This document shows, in pieces, positions 7,607 through 18,500 of a stretch of 64,000 bases of DNA; within the stretch, counting starts at the first letter, position 1; every line of letters begins with the position of its first letter. The notes under the pieces were generated by a model, which was not told where the DNA came from, made no database searches, and saw only the letters and a list, made by a program, of their open reading frames with translations. The stretch comes from Spirochaetota bacterium. GTDB lineage: Bacteria > Spirochaetota > UBA4802 > JAFGDQ01. The DNA lies in NCBI GenBank assembly GCA_043803405.1, contig JAZDKB010000035.1:1-64000 (forward strand), read 5' to 3'. Both the position numbers and the translations under genes were made by a program.

Positions 7607-9538
7607 ATGATAATGAGCGACGCTTCTTTTGACTGTCTTTTTCAGCCTTTAATTATGCCGAACCTCGAATTGAAAAACCGCTTTTACATGGCGCCGATAG
7701 GCACAGGATTTTCAACCGAGAAACTGGTGCACTTTCTGTCGGCACGGGCAAAAGGAGGCGTTGCGTTAATTACTACAGGCGAGACCTGCGTGCATCCCGG
7801 CGGGAGAGTTGGCCTTAAAAATGAAATGAAGCTTGAGAACGATAATGATATCGCGCCTCTGTCGGAAATCGTAAAAAGCGTTCAGAAAGAAGGCGCAAAA
7901 ATTGTGCTGCAGCTTAATCATGCCGGAAGATATTCTCCGGGCAAAAAGGTAGGCGGGCAGTCGGTCGCTCCGTCGGCAATCATGTCCGGCTACACAGGGG
8001 AGACACCCAGGGCGCTGTCCACACAGGAAGCGGACGGGCTGGTATTGTCGTTCGCACAGGCTGCATTGCGCGCGCGCGAAGCCGGCTTTGACGGTGTAGA
8101 ATTCATGGCCAGCTCCGGATACCTGATAAGCCAGTTCCTTTCTCCGCTTACTAATAAGAGAGATGACAAGTACTGCGGCGACGCGCTGGGGAGAACTGCG
8201 TTTATTATATCCATCCTTAAAGAAACACGAAATCTTGTTGGGAAGGATTTTAATCTGTGCGTCAAGTTTGACGCCGATGACGGCATAAACGGAGGAGTAA
8301 CGCTTAACGAGTCCTGCATATTCGCGCCTGCTCTGGTTGAAGCCGGTGCGGACAGGCTTCATATATGGGCTGGCTGGCACGAATCTCCCCGCCCGATGCT
8401 GCCTATGAATGTTCCGCGCGGCGCGTTTGTTTACCTGGCTGCTGAAATAAAAAAGGTTGTCAATGTTCCGGTTTCGGCAGTCGGCCGCATCAATAACCCG
8501 GAACTTGCTGCGCAGATCATCTCTTCCGGCGATGCTGATCTTGTAGGACTTGCCAGGGCTCTTATGGCAGATCCGGATTTCGTCAACAAAACGCTGGAAG
8601 GCAGGGTGAAAGAGATAAGGCAGTGCACTGCATGCTGTCATTGTTTTGATAAAATTGTGCTTGGAGTTAAAAGCGAAGAGGATGTAAAAATTTATTGCGC
8701 TGTTAACGCCGAGATGGGCAGGGAGGGGGAAAATTTAATTAAAGAAACTGAAAAGCCGAGGAACATCGCAATTGTCGGAAGCGGTCCTGCCGGCCTGGAA
8801 GCAGCGCGGGTTGCGTCCATGCGCGGGCATAAAGTCACGATTTATGAACAGGATAATAAAATCGGCGGCATGGTAAACGTATCATTCGTTCCGCCGTTTA
8901 AAGAAGAATTAAAAAGCATAATTGATTATTATGCAAACCAGGTAAATCTTTACGAAATAAATATTAAGCTTTCCGAAAAATTCAGTATTGATGAAATTGA
9001 AAAATATAATTATGATGTTGTGGTGTTCGCGTCCGGCGCAAATATTGCTTTGCCCGCAATTCCGGGAATAGAGCAGAGTAATGTATACACTGCTGTCGAG
9101 ATATTAAATGGCGCGGCTGAAACAGGAGGCACGGCAGTAGTGATTGGAGGCGGAATGGTCGGGCTGGAGACCGCCGAATACCTTGCTGATATGGGCAAAA
9201 AGGTAACAGTTGTTGAAATGGACAAGATTGCACCGGATATTGGACCCACTACCAGGTCGTCGTTTATATCAAGGATAAGGCGTAAGATAGCTATCCTTTC
9301 CTCAACGCGGGTTATTGAAATCCGCAAAAACGGGGTTCTTGTTCTTGACAGGGAAAAAAAAGAAAGAGAAATACCGGCCGATTCGGTAGTGTTTGCGACA
9401 GGCATGAAGAGCGTACGGGACCTGGTTAACGGAGTTGCGATCAAAGGCCTGGAGTATTATCTTGCGGGATCGTGCAGGGAACCCGGGATGATAGATGATG
9501 CGATTAAAGACGGATTTAATATCGGGTGCATAATATAA
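7607..9538 (+). CDS. NADH:flavin oxidoreductase, FadH (2,4-dienoyl-CoA reductase)-like OYE/Fe-S/FAD enzyme
   Basis: QLNHAGR; EFMASSGYLISQF and GWHE resemble FadH; Fe-S motif CTACCHC...C; two Rossmann motifs GSGPAG and GGGMVG. Confidence 0.88.
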   Translation: MIMSDASFDCLFQPLIMPNLELKNRFYMAPIGTGFSTEKLVHFLSARAKGGVALITTGETCVHPGGRVGLKNEMKLENDNDIAPLSEIVKSVQKEGAKIVLQLNHAGRYSPGKKVGGQSVAPSAIMSGYTGETPRALSTQEADGLVLSFAQAALRAREAGFDGVEFMASSGYLISQFLSPLTNKRDDKYCGDALGRTAFIISILKETRNLVGKDFNLCVKFDADDGINGGVTLNESCIFAPALVEAGADRLHIWAGWHESPRPMLPMNVPRGAFVYLAAEIKKVVNVPVSAVGRINNPELAAQIISSGDADLVGLARALMADPDFVNKTLEGRVKEIRQCTACCHCFDKIVLGVKSEEDVKIYCAVNAEMGREGENLIKETEKPRNIAIVGSGPAGLEAARVASMRGHKVTIYEQDNKIGGMVNVSFVPPFKEELKSIIDYYANQVNLYEINIKLSEKFSIDEIEKYNYDVVVFASGANIALPAIPGIEQSNVYTAVEILNGAAETGGTAVVIGGGMVGLETAEYLADMGKKVTVVEMDKIAPDIGPTTRSSFISRIRRKIAILSSTRVIEIRKNGVLVLDREKKEREIPADSVVFATGMKSVRDLVNGVAIKGLEYYLAGSCREPGMIDDAIKDGFNIGCII

Positions 9539-9634
9539 ACCCTCACCCCTGACCCCTCTCCCACGAAGCGCGGGCGAGGGGAATTCCTCCCTCTCCTTTT
9601 GGGAGTCCCACAGAGAGGTTAGGTGGGTGAGGGT
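9539..9634. repeat. REP/MITE-like GC-rich palindromic element
   Basis: Perfect 10-bp terminal inverted repeat ACCCTCACCC/GGGTGAGGGT; internal hairpin CCCCTCTCCC...GGGCGAGGGG. Confidence 0.8.
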
Positions 9635-9651
9635 ATTATTGCGGAGGATTA

Positions 9652-10620
9652 ATGCAGGAAACGTTAAATAAGTTAAAGGACGATTTCTCAAAGGCCACTC
9701 TGGAAGTAGCTAAAGTAATTGTTGGCCAGAAAGAAGTAATTAAATTCATCAACACAGCAGTACTTGCGTGCGGGCATATACTTATTACAGGCGCGCCCGG
9801 GCTGGCTAAGACGCTTGCTGTAAAAGCTATAGCAAAGGTGCTTGGCATTGAAAATTCAAGGATACAGTTTACACCGGATCTTTTGCCCGGCGACATTGTC
9901 GGATTTGAAATACTCGATATTGACGAATCCGGGAAAAAGAGCTTCCGGTATATTAAAGGGCCGGTATTTACAAATGTACTGCTTGCAGACGAAATAAACA
10001 GGGCCACTCCCAGAACGCAGAGCGCTCTGCTGGAGGCTATGCAGGAAAAGAATGTTACCCTCGGAGGAGAATTACATCAATTAGACGAACCATTTATCGT
10101 TATAGCCACGCGCAATCCGATCGATTATGAAGGCGTTTATCCTCTGCCCGAAGCCCAGCTTGACAGGTTTATTATGGAAATAATGGTAGATTATCCGGAT
10201 CTAAAGGACGAAATAATAATAGCATCAAGGGATTACAGCAAAGAACTCGATAGCGTAAACAAAGTGATACAGAAGGAAGATCTCCTTAAATATCAAAGAA
10301 TTGTGGATGATGTGCCTGTTCCTGAATCTGTAATGGAAAAGGCTGTGTCCATGGTGAGAAAAACAAGGCCGGATGATCCTTCCTCTTCGCAGGAAGTACG
10401 CGAAATGCTCGAATGGGGGGCAGGCCCGCGCGCCGCATATCATCTGATTCACGCAGCAAGAGCGTACGCGCTTTTATACGGCGAAGGTGTAGTTACGGAA
10501 AGGGAAATCAGGGCTGTGTTTCCTAATGTGATGCGACACAGAATAATTCCATCTGCCATATTTACAAGAACAGGAAAAGATATTGATGAACTTATCTCAA
10601 AGATCACAGCTTCTGAATAA
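9652..10620 (+). CDS. MoxR-family AAA+ ATPase
   Basis: GAPGLAKT, RIQFTPDLLPGD, LADEINRA, QSALLEAMQE, YPLPEAQLDRF. Confidence 0.95.
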   Translation: MQETLNKLKDDFSKATLEVAKVIVGQKEVIKFINTAVLACGHILITGAPGLAKTLAVKAIAKVLGIENSRIQFTPDLLPGDIVGFEILDIDESGKKSFRYIKGPVFTNVLLADEINRATPRTQSALLEAMQEKNVTLGGELHQLDEPFIVIATRNPIDYEGVYPLPEAQLDRFIMEIMVDYPDLKDEIIIASRDYSKELDSVNKVIQKEDLLKYQRIVDDVPVPESVMEKAVSMVRKTRPDDPSSSQEVREMLEWGAGPRAAYHLIHAARAYALLYGEGVVTEREIRAVFPNVMRHRIIPSAIFTRTGKDIDELISKITASE

Positions 10621-11437
10621 TATTTCGCTTTTTGCTCTCGATTCCAGGATAGGCAAAGCTGCACTTTCTGTAAAGGGAACCAGCACGCGCATGGGAGAAA
10701 GGGTCTCCTTAAAAGCTGGCTACAGCCCTGTAATCATGGATTACAGGTATTACCAGAAAGGCGATGCCGTAAAAGATATTGACTGGAAACTGTCCGCCAG
10801 AACCGAGAAGCTTTTTGTAAAGATACGTGAAGGATACAGACAAACGGAGTTTGTAATCGTCCCGGACGGATCCGAGTCTATGAGAACATGTTACAACGAT
10901 GGTGTTTCCAAGTTTACTACCGCCCTTACGCTTGCTTATATTGCAGGACGCTCGGCTCTTAAAAGCAGGGACAGGGTTTACGTGTTGTACGGCGGCAAAA
11001 AACTCCGCGCGGAAACCGAATTTGCTTTGCTTGATCTGCTTATGGATATAGAAACGCAGAAAGCAGAGAACGGGTTCTGGGAGACAGCCGTTCAGTCATC
11101 TTCCAATGTATTTATTTTTAGCGATTTTTTCATTGAAACAGAGCTTTTATCGGAGTATTTAAAAGCAATATCGCGCAATACAAAAAATATTTTTTTGCTT
11201 GCAATACACGATCCTTTTGAACAAAATTTCAACTTTAACGGACGTTACAGGTTCCTGGACTCCGAATCCGAAGCGTCTTTATTATCCGAAACACGAAGAT
11301 TAAACGCAAGATATCATCATTTGTATAACGAGCATTACCAGGCGGTTTTAAGGACAGGGAAATCGTTCGGCGCCAGGTTTGGGAAAGCCGTTACAACAGA
11401 AGATCCATATAACGCGTTTATAAAGGCAGTATCATGA
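10586..11437 (+). CDS. DUF58 (VWA-like) protein
   Basis: DYRYYQKGDAVKDIDWKLSAR signature; DGSES (DxSxS); FSDF; follows moxR. Confidence 0.88.
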   Translation: MNLSQRSQLLNNISLFALDSRIGKAALSVKGTSTRMGERVSLKAGYSPVIMDYRYYQKGDAVKDIDWKLSARTEKLFVKIREGYRQTEFVIVPDGSESMRTCYNDGVSKFTTALTLAYIAGRSALKSRDRVYVLYGGKKLRAETEFALLDLLMDIETQKAENGFWETAVQSSSNVFIFSDFFIETELLSEYLKAISRNTKNIFLLAIHDPFEQNFNFNGRYRFLDSESEASLLSETRRLNARYHHLYNEHYQAVLRTGKSFGARFGKAVTTEDPYNAFIKAVS

Positions 11438-13149
11438 GCATTTTATTTATAATACTTGCTTCCATTGCGCTACCGCTTGTCTCCTTTACTATATTCTTAA
11501 GAACATCCCACGGCCAGAAACTCAAACTCGGGTCCTTTTTCATTATAAGAAATTTAAGTTCCGATTATCCAAAAGTCAGAAGCGTAAAAGATATTCTTCT
11601 GCTGTTTCTCAGGCTGGCTTTTACTGCAATTATCGCGCTTCTGATCTTCGATCCTTCCGATGCCGGTGTACCCGGAAGAAATACTTTGTATCACAGCGCC
11701 GGAAAAGCGTCGTTAAACAGGCAGGAATACAGGTATTCTTTAAAGCTAAAAGCGCCCGGGCAGGCAAAAGACAAGTTTGATGAAGATTTGTATTTTCTGG
11801 AAGCTTTTATTAAAAGCTATAAAATTCCGCGCGAAGCTGTAGTAATTTATAATCCTGATGAAAAAACAGCCGATTCAATAAAAAACGATACGATTATTTT
11901 CCCTTCACAGAAACAGGGAGGGAACGCTTTTCTCAAATGGATTGATCTTTTTGAATTCTCCGATCTCCGGATTAAGGAAGCAAGAATTAAAGATACAGAT
12001 GTTAAGATCAGGGCTTTTTATCCCATAAGGATTTTAAACAGTGAAAAAATAAAAAATTACATTCAGCTTGAAGACGGCTCTGTTATAGCAGTATCTTTTA
12101 TGCATAATAATCATAAAGTATTGCTTTTCGGCACAGGAATATCGGGCTTCTGGGGCGATATAGGCGTCTCCGGATATTTTATAGATATAATCGATGATTT
12201 CATGAGCAGTCTTTCATTATCTGAAAAACCGGAAGAAGAACCGGACAGGTCCGATGAAGGCAGCCCGGGTGAAGTCAGAAGCCTAATGTCATTCGGAATA
12301 TTACTGAAGATTGCATGCTTTATTTTTTTAGCCGAACTTATTCTGTATTTGCTTCAGAGCATTTTTAATTTAAATTTTAGTATGGCAGATAAATTAAAAC
12401 AGATTCATGAAACGGAGGAGAAATACTCACCATCAAAATTATTATTTAATGGCATATTGAAACTCATTAAAAGAAAAAAAATTGTCCTTTTAATTTTGCT
12501 TCTTTTCCCATCCGGTCTGCGCGCTGAAGATTTTAAATTTATTGAACTGACATTCGACGGGCATCCGGCGAATAATAAACAATTCTTTTCGGTAATTAAA
12601 CGCGAGCTTGAAGAGAAAACTTCCATAAGGATATCTCCCGATTATTATGCAACTATTTCGTCATCTTCATTATCGAACGGACAGTTGCCCGAGTTGCCAT
12701 ATTTATGGATACTCGGATGTCCCGATAGGCTTTCGCAAAAACTGGCCAGGGCATTGACGGATTTTATCGAAAGGGGCGGGATAATCTTTGCGGATTTATC
12801 CGGGGCAGGTGAGACTTCCCAGTGCAGGGCTATGTTAAAAGAGATATCGTTAAAAATTTCCGGCAGCGCCGGTTTTCTGCCATTGCCGAAAGATCATCCT
12901 GTTTATAAATCTTTTTATCTTATCAATTCCGAAAATTTAAAGGGAGCGGACATCTCAATTACAACAAAACGCACGGCAATGATAATATCCGAAAATAAAA
13001 TAATGCAAAGAATGGCAGTACGTGAAGATAAAGCGCTTAAAGCAGGAGTAAACATAGTACTTTATATGCTCAGCGGAAATTATAAAAGCGACCAGATCCA
13101 TACCAGGCAGATACTCAACAGACTTAAAAAAAGGGAGCTTTTCAAATGA
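11434..13149 (+). CDS. Membrane protein with BatA-like N-terminus and DUF4159-like C-terminal domain
   Basis: N-terminal TMs with LLLFLRL; C-terminal PYLW, GGIIFAD, DHPVYKSFYL, GVNIVLYMLSGNYKSDQIH. Confidence 0.75.
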   Translation: MSILFIILASIALPLVSFTIFLRTSHGQKLKLGSFFIIRNLSSDYPKVRSVKDILLLFLRLAFTAIIALLIFDPSDAGVPGRNTLYHSAGKASLNRQEYRYSLKLKAPGQAKDKFDEDLYFLEAFIKSYKIPREAVVIYNPDEKTADSIKNDTIIFPSQKQGGNAFLKWIDLFEFSDLRIKEARIKDTDVKIRAFYPIRILNSEKIKNYIQLEDGSVIAVSFMHNNHKVLLFGTGISGFWGDIGVSGYFIDIIDDFMSSLSLSEKPEEEPDRSDEGSPGEVRSLMSFGILLKIACFIFLAELILYLLQSIFNLNFSMADKLKQIHETEEKYSPSKLLFNGILKLIKRKKIVLLILLLFPSGLRAEDFKFIELTFDGHPANNKQFFSVIKRELEEKTSIRISPDYYATISSSSLSNGQLPELPYLWILGCPDRLSQKLARALTDFIERGGIIFADLSGAGETSQCRAMLKEISLKISGSAGFLPLPKDHPVYKSFYLINSENLKGADISITTKRTAMIISENKIMQRMAVREDKALKAGVNIVLYMLSGNYKSDQIHTRQILNRLKKRELFK

Positions 13150-15179
13150 TCTTTTTTATTACAGCTGCTGCAGCCCTTATTATTTCCATATTTATATTAA
13201 GGCGTCCATGGGATAAAATATGGGCAAGATGGGCTTTTGCAGCAAATATGCTGTTAATATGTATTATACTGACAGTGTTTGGATCAGAATATAAGATCAA
13301 ATCCATGCGTGCCATTGCCTTGCGGAGGACTATAATTGCGGCTCTTGATGTATCTGCCAGCACTGGCCTTACAACCGAAGATTTCAAAGATGCTGCAGAA
13401 AAAATTTGGAGCGATTACAGCATAGAAATAATTCCTTTTTCCGACAGCATAAACGGCGCTCAGGATGCCGAATCTACTGCAATGATTAAATCCCTTAAGA
13501 GCATTCTTGCTTACATATCCGGAAATTATAACGATAATGATATAGCTGGTTTTACAGTAATTACAGACGGGAATGAAACCGAGCGTATTAGAGAACTAAA
13601 CGATAAAATTACTCCTGCCGGCGAATTTCCTCATAACGTTATTTATCTCGATTCGGATACAGGATCCGGTTTTGTCGGCTTTGACAAATCCGTTTCATTT
13701 ATTAAAGTCCCCAGGTTCATTCCAAGATATTCCAAAGAAATGATCAGTTTCGCAGTTAGCGCAACAGGCGCAAAACTTGAAGGAGCGTCTGTTGATCTTA
13801 AACTGAACAGTAAGAATATCGGGACGGTTTACATATCATTAAAGGAAGGTTATGGAGAAGGCAGTTTTGAACTCATAACAAAACAGGCAGGCAATAATCT
13901 TCTCGAAGCTTCAGTTGCTGTCGACTCACGCGAAAAAATAACTGCAAATAATAAAGATTACGCTTTTATAGAGGGAATACATAAAGGATTCAGGGTTCTG
14001 CACATCAGCGGCCATCCGTCTGCGGACACAGCTTTTATAAGAAGAGGGCTTCAGAATATTCCCGGTGTCGACATGATATCGTTCTATATTTTGCGTACAA
14101 ATAACCAGGTTTTCAGGACAAAGGACAGCGAACTCAGCCTTATTCCTTTTCCAACTGACCAGCTTTTCAGGGAGGAACTCGATAACTTTGATTTAATAAT
14201 AATAAATGATTTCAAATTAACGGCATTTTTAAATCCGTATTATATCAATAATATTGTAAAATTTGCAGAATCGGGCGGCGGGTTATTAATACTGGGAGGT
14301 CCGGAATCATTTTTAAAAGAGGATTATCTCTCAAACAAGTTCGAAACAATTTTACCGGTTTTCGGGGAAACCGGCGGCGGGTATGATAACGGAGCTTACA
14401 GGCTTAAACAAGTAAATTTATCATCATTAACCCCACTTTCAGAATTAAACGCAATCGATAAATTAAAATTCACAGGACTTAACAAAGTCAGGTTAAAAGA
14501 CTGGGCTGTTACTTTTTACAGCACAGAAAGCGGCCTGCCGGTAATTACAGGTGGAATACGTAATAAAGCAAGGGTTCTTGCCGTACTGACCGATTCCTTC
14601 TGGAGATTTTCATATAATGCAGGCCTGTCAAACGAGTCTGCGTTAAAATCACTTATACGCTATGTGCTCGGCATTTCGTCTTTGCCTGTAAATATTTTCA
14701 ACAATAGTTTAAATTTCAGCTTAAAAGGCCGTTCATTTAATGATGATGTGAATGCCAGGATTCAGTTCCTGAATTATGACGGAAGCATTAAAAAAGATAT
14801 TATACTTAAACCTTCAAATTTTTATAATTTTTCCGACACTGACAGTAAGCTGCTGGATTTATCAATAGAACAGAACGGAAAACTTATAGAAAAATACAGG
14901 CTGATAAATCATCAGGAAAAAAAATGGCGCGAACATGCATACCTTCCCATGGGAAGAGAATACCTCAAAAATTTTGCGGATAAAGGAAACGGTAAGTTTA
15001 TTCCTGCTGATAAAAGCACGGTTTTTTCGTCACTCAAAGAATTAAACCTTCGGGAGCCAGTTGTCCTATCCGAGAACAAAGAGGAAGAAATCCCTATTTA
15101 CGAGCATAAGGCTCTCTTGCTTTTATTCCTTTATCTGGTCATTGCTTCTTTTTATTTAAAGAGCAGGTATACCGGATAA
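13146..15179 (+). CDS. Membrane-anchored VWA-like plus class-I glutamine-amidotransferase-like protein
   Basis: DVSAS MIDAS-like motif, ITDGNE; ELSLIPFPTDQLF, GGGLLILGGPESF; N- and C-terminal TMs. Confidence 0.75.
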   Translation: MIFFITAAAALIISIFILRRPWDKIWARWAFAANMLLICIILTVFGSEYKIKSMRAIALRRTIIAALDVSASTGLTTEDFKDAAEKIWSDYSIEIIPFSDSINGAQDAESTAMIKSLKSILAYISGNYNDNDIAGFTVITDGNETERIRELNDKITPAGEFPHNVIYLDSDTGSGFVGFDKSVSFIKVPRFIPRYSKEMISFAVSATGAKLEGASVDLKLNSKNIGTVYISLKEGYGEGSFELITKQAGNNLLEASVAVDSREKITANNKDYAFIEGIHKGFRVLHISGHPSADTAFIRRGLQNIPGVDMISFYILRTNNQVFRTKDSELSLIPFPTDQLFREELDNFDLIIINDFKLTAFLNPYYINNIVKFAESGGGLLILGGPESFLKEDYLSNKFETILPVFGETGGGYDNGAYRLKQVNLSSLTPLSELNAIDKLKFTGLNKVRLKDWAVTFYSTESGLPVITGGIRNKARVLAVLTDSFWRFSYNAGLSNESALKSLIRYVLGISSLPVNIFNNSLNFSLKGRSFNDDVNARIQFLNYDGSIKKDIILKPSNFYNFSDTDSKLLDLSIEQNGKLIEKYRLINHQEKKWREHAYLPMGREYLKNFADKGNGKFIPADKSTVFSSLKELNLREPVVLSENKEEEIPIYEHKALLLLFLYLVIASFYLKSRYTG

Positions 15180-15536
15180 ATTATTTTTTGATTAAGTTAT
15201 TCTCTCCGGGATTCTTCAAAAGTTTTTTTAATACTATATATAAATCTTAATACCTGAAAATATATGATTATAATCCAGTTAAGCAGCATGGTTATAAAAA
15301 TATATTAAGAACCCGCTCTTAAACCTATTTTAAAATATAATACAAAGCAATTTAGCAATATATAACTTTTAGAACGCTTTCTTAAGTTATATTAAAAAAT
15401 ATTAACTTTAGGTTAACTAGTAATCCAAATATAATTATGTCCCATGTATTTTAAAATTACGTAAAAAATTATAGACAAAATACCCCTTTAAATAATATTT
15501 ATCCAATATCATTTTTATATGATCTGGAGTTTGATT

Positions 15537-18500
15537 ATGCACAGTCTTGGAATAAATATAGGGTCATCAAATGTTAAGGTCACTATGCTGGAAGGTTTTT
15601 CAATACTATGGAGCGAAGTTGTTCCTCACGACGGTAATTTCACTTCTGCTCTAAGCAGTATTCTTTCCTCAAAAGAGCTGCCGGCAGATTTGAAAACACT
15701 GAGTACAGGCACTGAAGGAAGGCATCTTTTAAATGCAAACAGCGTAATTGAACCTCTTTGCGTTGAAGAAGCATTAAAGCATATACGTTACAATGTAAAC
15801 GCGGTTGTATCTCTCGGCGGGGAAGACCTCATTGTATATACGATCGATGAGAATAAAAAAATCGTTACGAATTTTTCCGGGAACAAATGCGCTTCAGGTA
15901 CCGGGGAGTTCTTTAAACAGCAACTTGCTCGCATGGATATGAAGCTTGACGACATTAATAATATCGGCGATCAGTGTAAGGTTTTAAGGCTGTCATCAAG
16001 ATGTTCCGTATTTATGAAAAGCGATTGCACTCACAGGTTGAACAAAGGCGAGGCCACAAAGGGCGACATAGTACTTTCGCTAAGCGATGTAATGGCAACG
16101 AAAGTAATAGATTTTTTAAAGAGAGCCAAAATAACCAGCGGACAGGTGCTTTTAACAGGCGGAGTTACGTTGAATCAATATATTGTTCCATTTATACGTG
16201 AACGTCTTCCTGAAATTGAATTTGTTGTTCCCGAGCAGGCACCCTATTTTGAATCGTTCGGCGCTGCGCTTCTGGCAAAGAACCAGGGAAGCATTTTACC
16301 TGCATTGAAAAATCTTTTTAAACCCGCCCAAATTCATTTTAAAAGATTCAGCAGCCTAAAGACTGCTGAAGGAAAAGTTACATATATTAATGCAAAAAAA
16401 ACATCCGTAAAAGAGGGCAGGGAATATATACTGGGAGTTGACGGCGGTTCCACTACTACAAAGGCATCTCTAATCGATATAGAAACAAATGAAGTTGCGG
16501 CCTCGTTTTACGGGCGTACACATGGCGACCCTGTTATGGCGCTTAAGAACTGCCTTATTGAAATTAAAAAACAGATTAAAAACGATATTGGCGACGGGAA
16601 AATTAAGATTACACTGGTATCAACAACAGGTTCATCGAGGGAGATACTGGGCGTTTTTCTGGAAACTCCTGCCGTATATAACGAAATTATAGCTCACGCA
16701 GTCGGTACAACGTATTATAAGAAGGATATAGATACAATATTCGAGATCGGCGGGCAGGATGCGAAGTATATTTATCTTCAGAATATTGTTCCTATTGATT
16801 ACGCAATGAACCAGGCATGCTCAGCCGGCACGGGGTCATTCCTCGAAGAATCGGCACAGGGCGATCTTAATATTTTACACGCTCACGAGATCGGGGACAT
16901 TGCCATTCAGGCAAAGGAGCCTCTCAAATTCGGAGAGCACTGTTCCGCTTTTATAAATTCGGACATACGGAACGCTATCCACCAGGGAGCATCACGTGAG
17001 GATATAACAGCAGGCATAGTAACATCTATTGTGTCGAACTACCTTAACAGGGTTGTCGGCAACAGGACAATAGGCAACAACATTGTGTTGCAGGGGGGCG
17101 TAGCCAAAAATAAAGCTGTACCGCTCGCATTTGCAATGCTTTTAAATAAAAATATTCTTGTTCCGCCCGATCCTGAACTTATGGGGTGTTTTGGCGTAGG
17201 AATCCTTGTAAAACAGAAATTTAACGATGGCCTTGTTCAAAAAGGCGAATACGACATTGACAGAATATTAAATACAAATGTTGTTTATGAAAGCGAGTTC
17301 ACATGCAAGGCATGTGACAATCTTTGCCCAATACGGATACTTAATGTAAACAATAATAAATACATGTTTGGCGGCAGATGCAATAAATACGCCAACATCA
17401 GGAAAAAGAAAGTCTTTAACGAAGCAGAGATTTTTGATTATGTAGAAGAACGTAATGATCTCATGTTTAAGAAATGCGCTCCGGATCCTGCAAAACTCAA
17501 TAAAAAGAAAGATTTTGTTATCGGCATACCAAATTGTTTTTCTGTTTATACAATGTGGCCGTTTTATTCGTGGTTTTTCCACAGCCTGGGCGTAGAAACA
17601 ATCCTGTCAAAAAATATATCTCACGAAGGAACAGCGCGTGTCGAGAGCGCTTATTGCTTCCCTGCGGAAATAGCGCATGGCGCAGTACAGGATATTTTCG
17701 ATCATGATGTCGATTATATCTTTCTGCCGCATTACAGGGATATGGAAAGCTATGAAGAAGATTCACACGCGTGCTTTTGCCCCATAACACAGAGTCTGCC
17801 GTATTATATAAAAAAGGCTTTTCCGGAAATTCCGGACAATAAGTTTTTAGCACCGGTTGTCACCTTTAAATATGGCATTGAAAAAGCGATCGAATCTTTT
17901 ATTGCTCTCGGAGAACAACTGGGATTCTCTTCCAGGGAAGCAAGGATGGCATTCGAGATCGCTCTGGAAAAACAGAATGACTATTTTAAAAAAGCAGGCG
18001 AACTGGGCGAGACTGCGCTTGCCGAAGCCAGAAAGGCCGAAAGACCAGTAATTGCGCTTCTAGGAAGGCCGTATAACGCTTTTACAATAGACGCGAATAT
18101 GGGCATACCCAGAAAATTTTCCAGCAGGGGATATTCCGTTATACCGTTCGATATCCTTCCTTTTGCGGATATAGAAATTTATCCGAATATGTACTGGTAC
18201 TACGGCCAGCAGGACATGAAATCTTCAAAGCTTTTGAAGGATGAAAACAATATATATGTTACGTATATCAGTAATTTTTCGTGCGCTCCGGATTCATTCA
18301 TGCTGCATTATCTTAAATGGATAATGGGCACAAAACCGTTCCTCATACTCGAACTCGATTCGCATTCTGCGGATGCCGGTATCGACACGCGCGTAGAAGC
18401 TTTCCTTGACATCATCGAAGGTTACAGATCAAAATATATTGAAAAATCATCCGAAAGATACGACAACGGCCTCAGATTTATAAATAACGGCAGCGACAAA

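Noticed and set aside
7766..8641. 291-aa antisense ORF
   Set aside because: Shadow of the FadH-like gene on the opposite strand; no domain features
9302..9691. 129-aa minus-strand ORF containing PSPALRGRGVRGEG
   Set aside because: Translation of the palindromic repeat plus antisense of real genes
15305..15385. Imperfect inverted repeat (14/18) upstream of the activator fusion as a MITE
   Set aside because: AT-rich and weak; cannot be separated from chance without a genome-wide search
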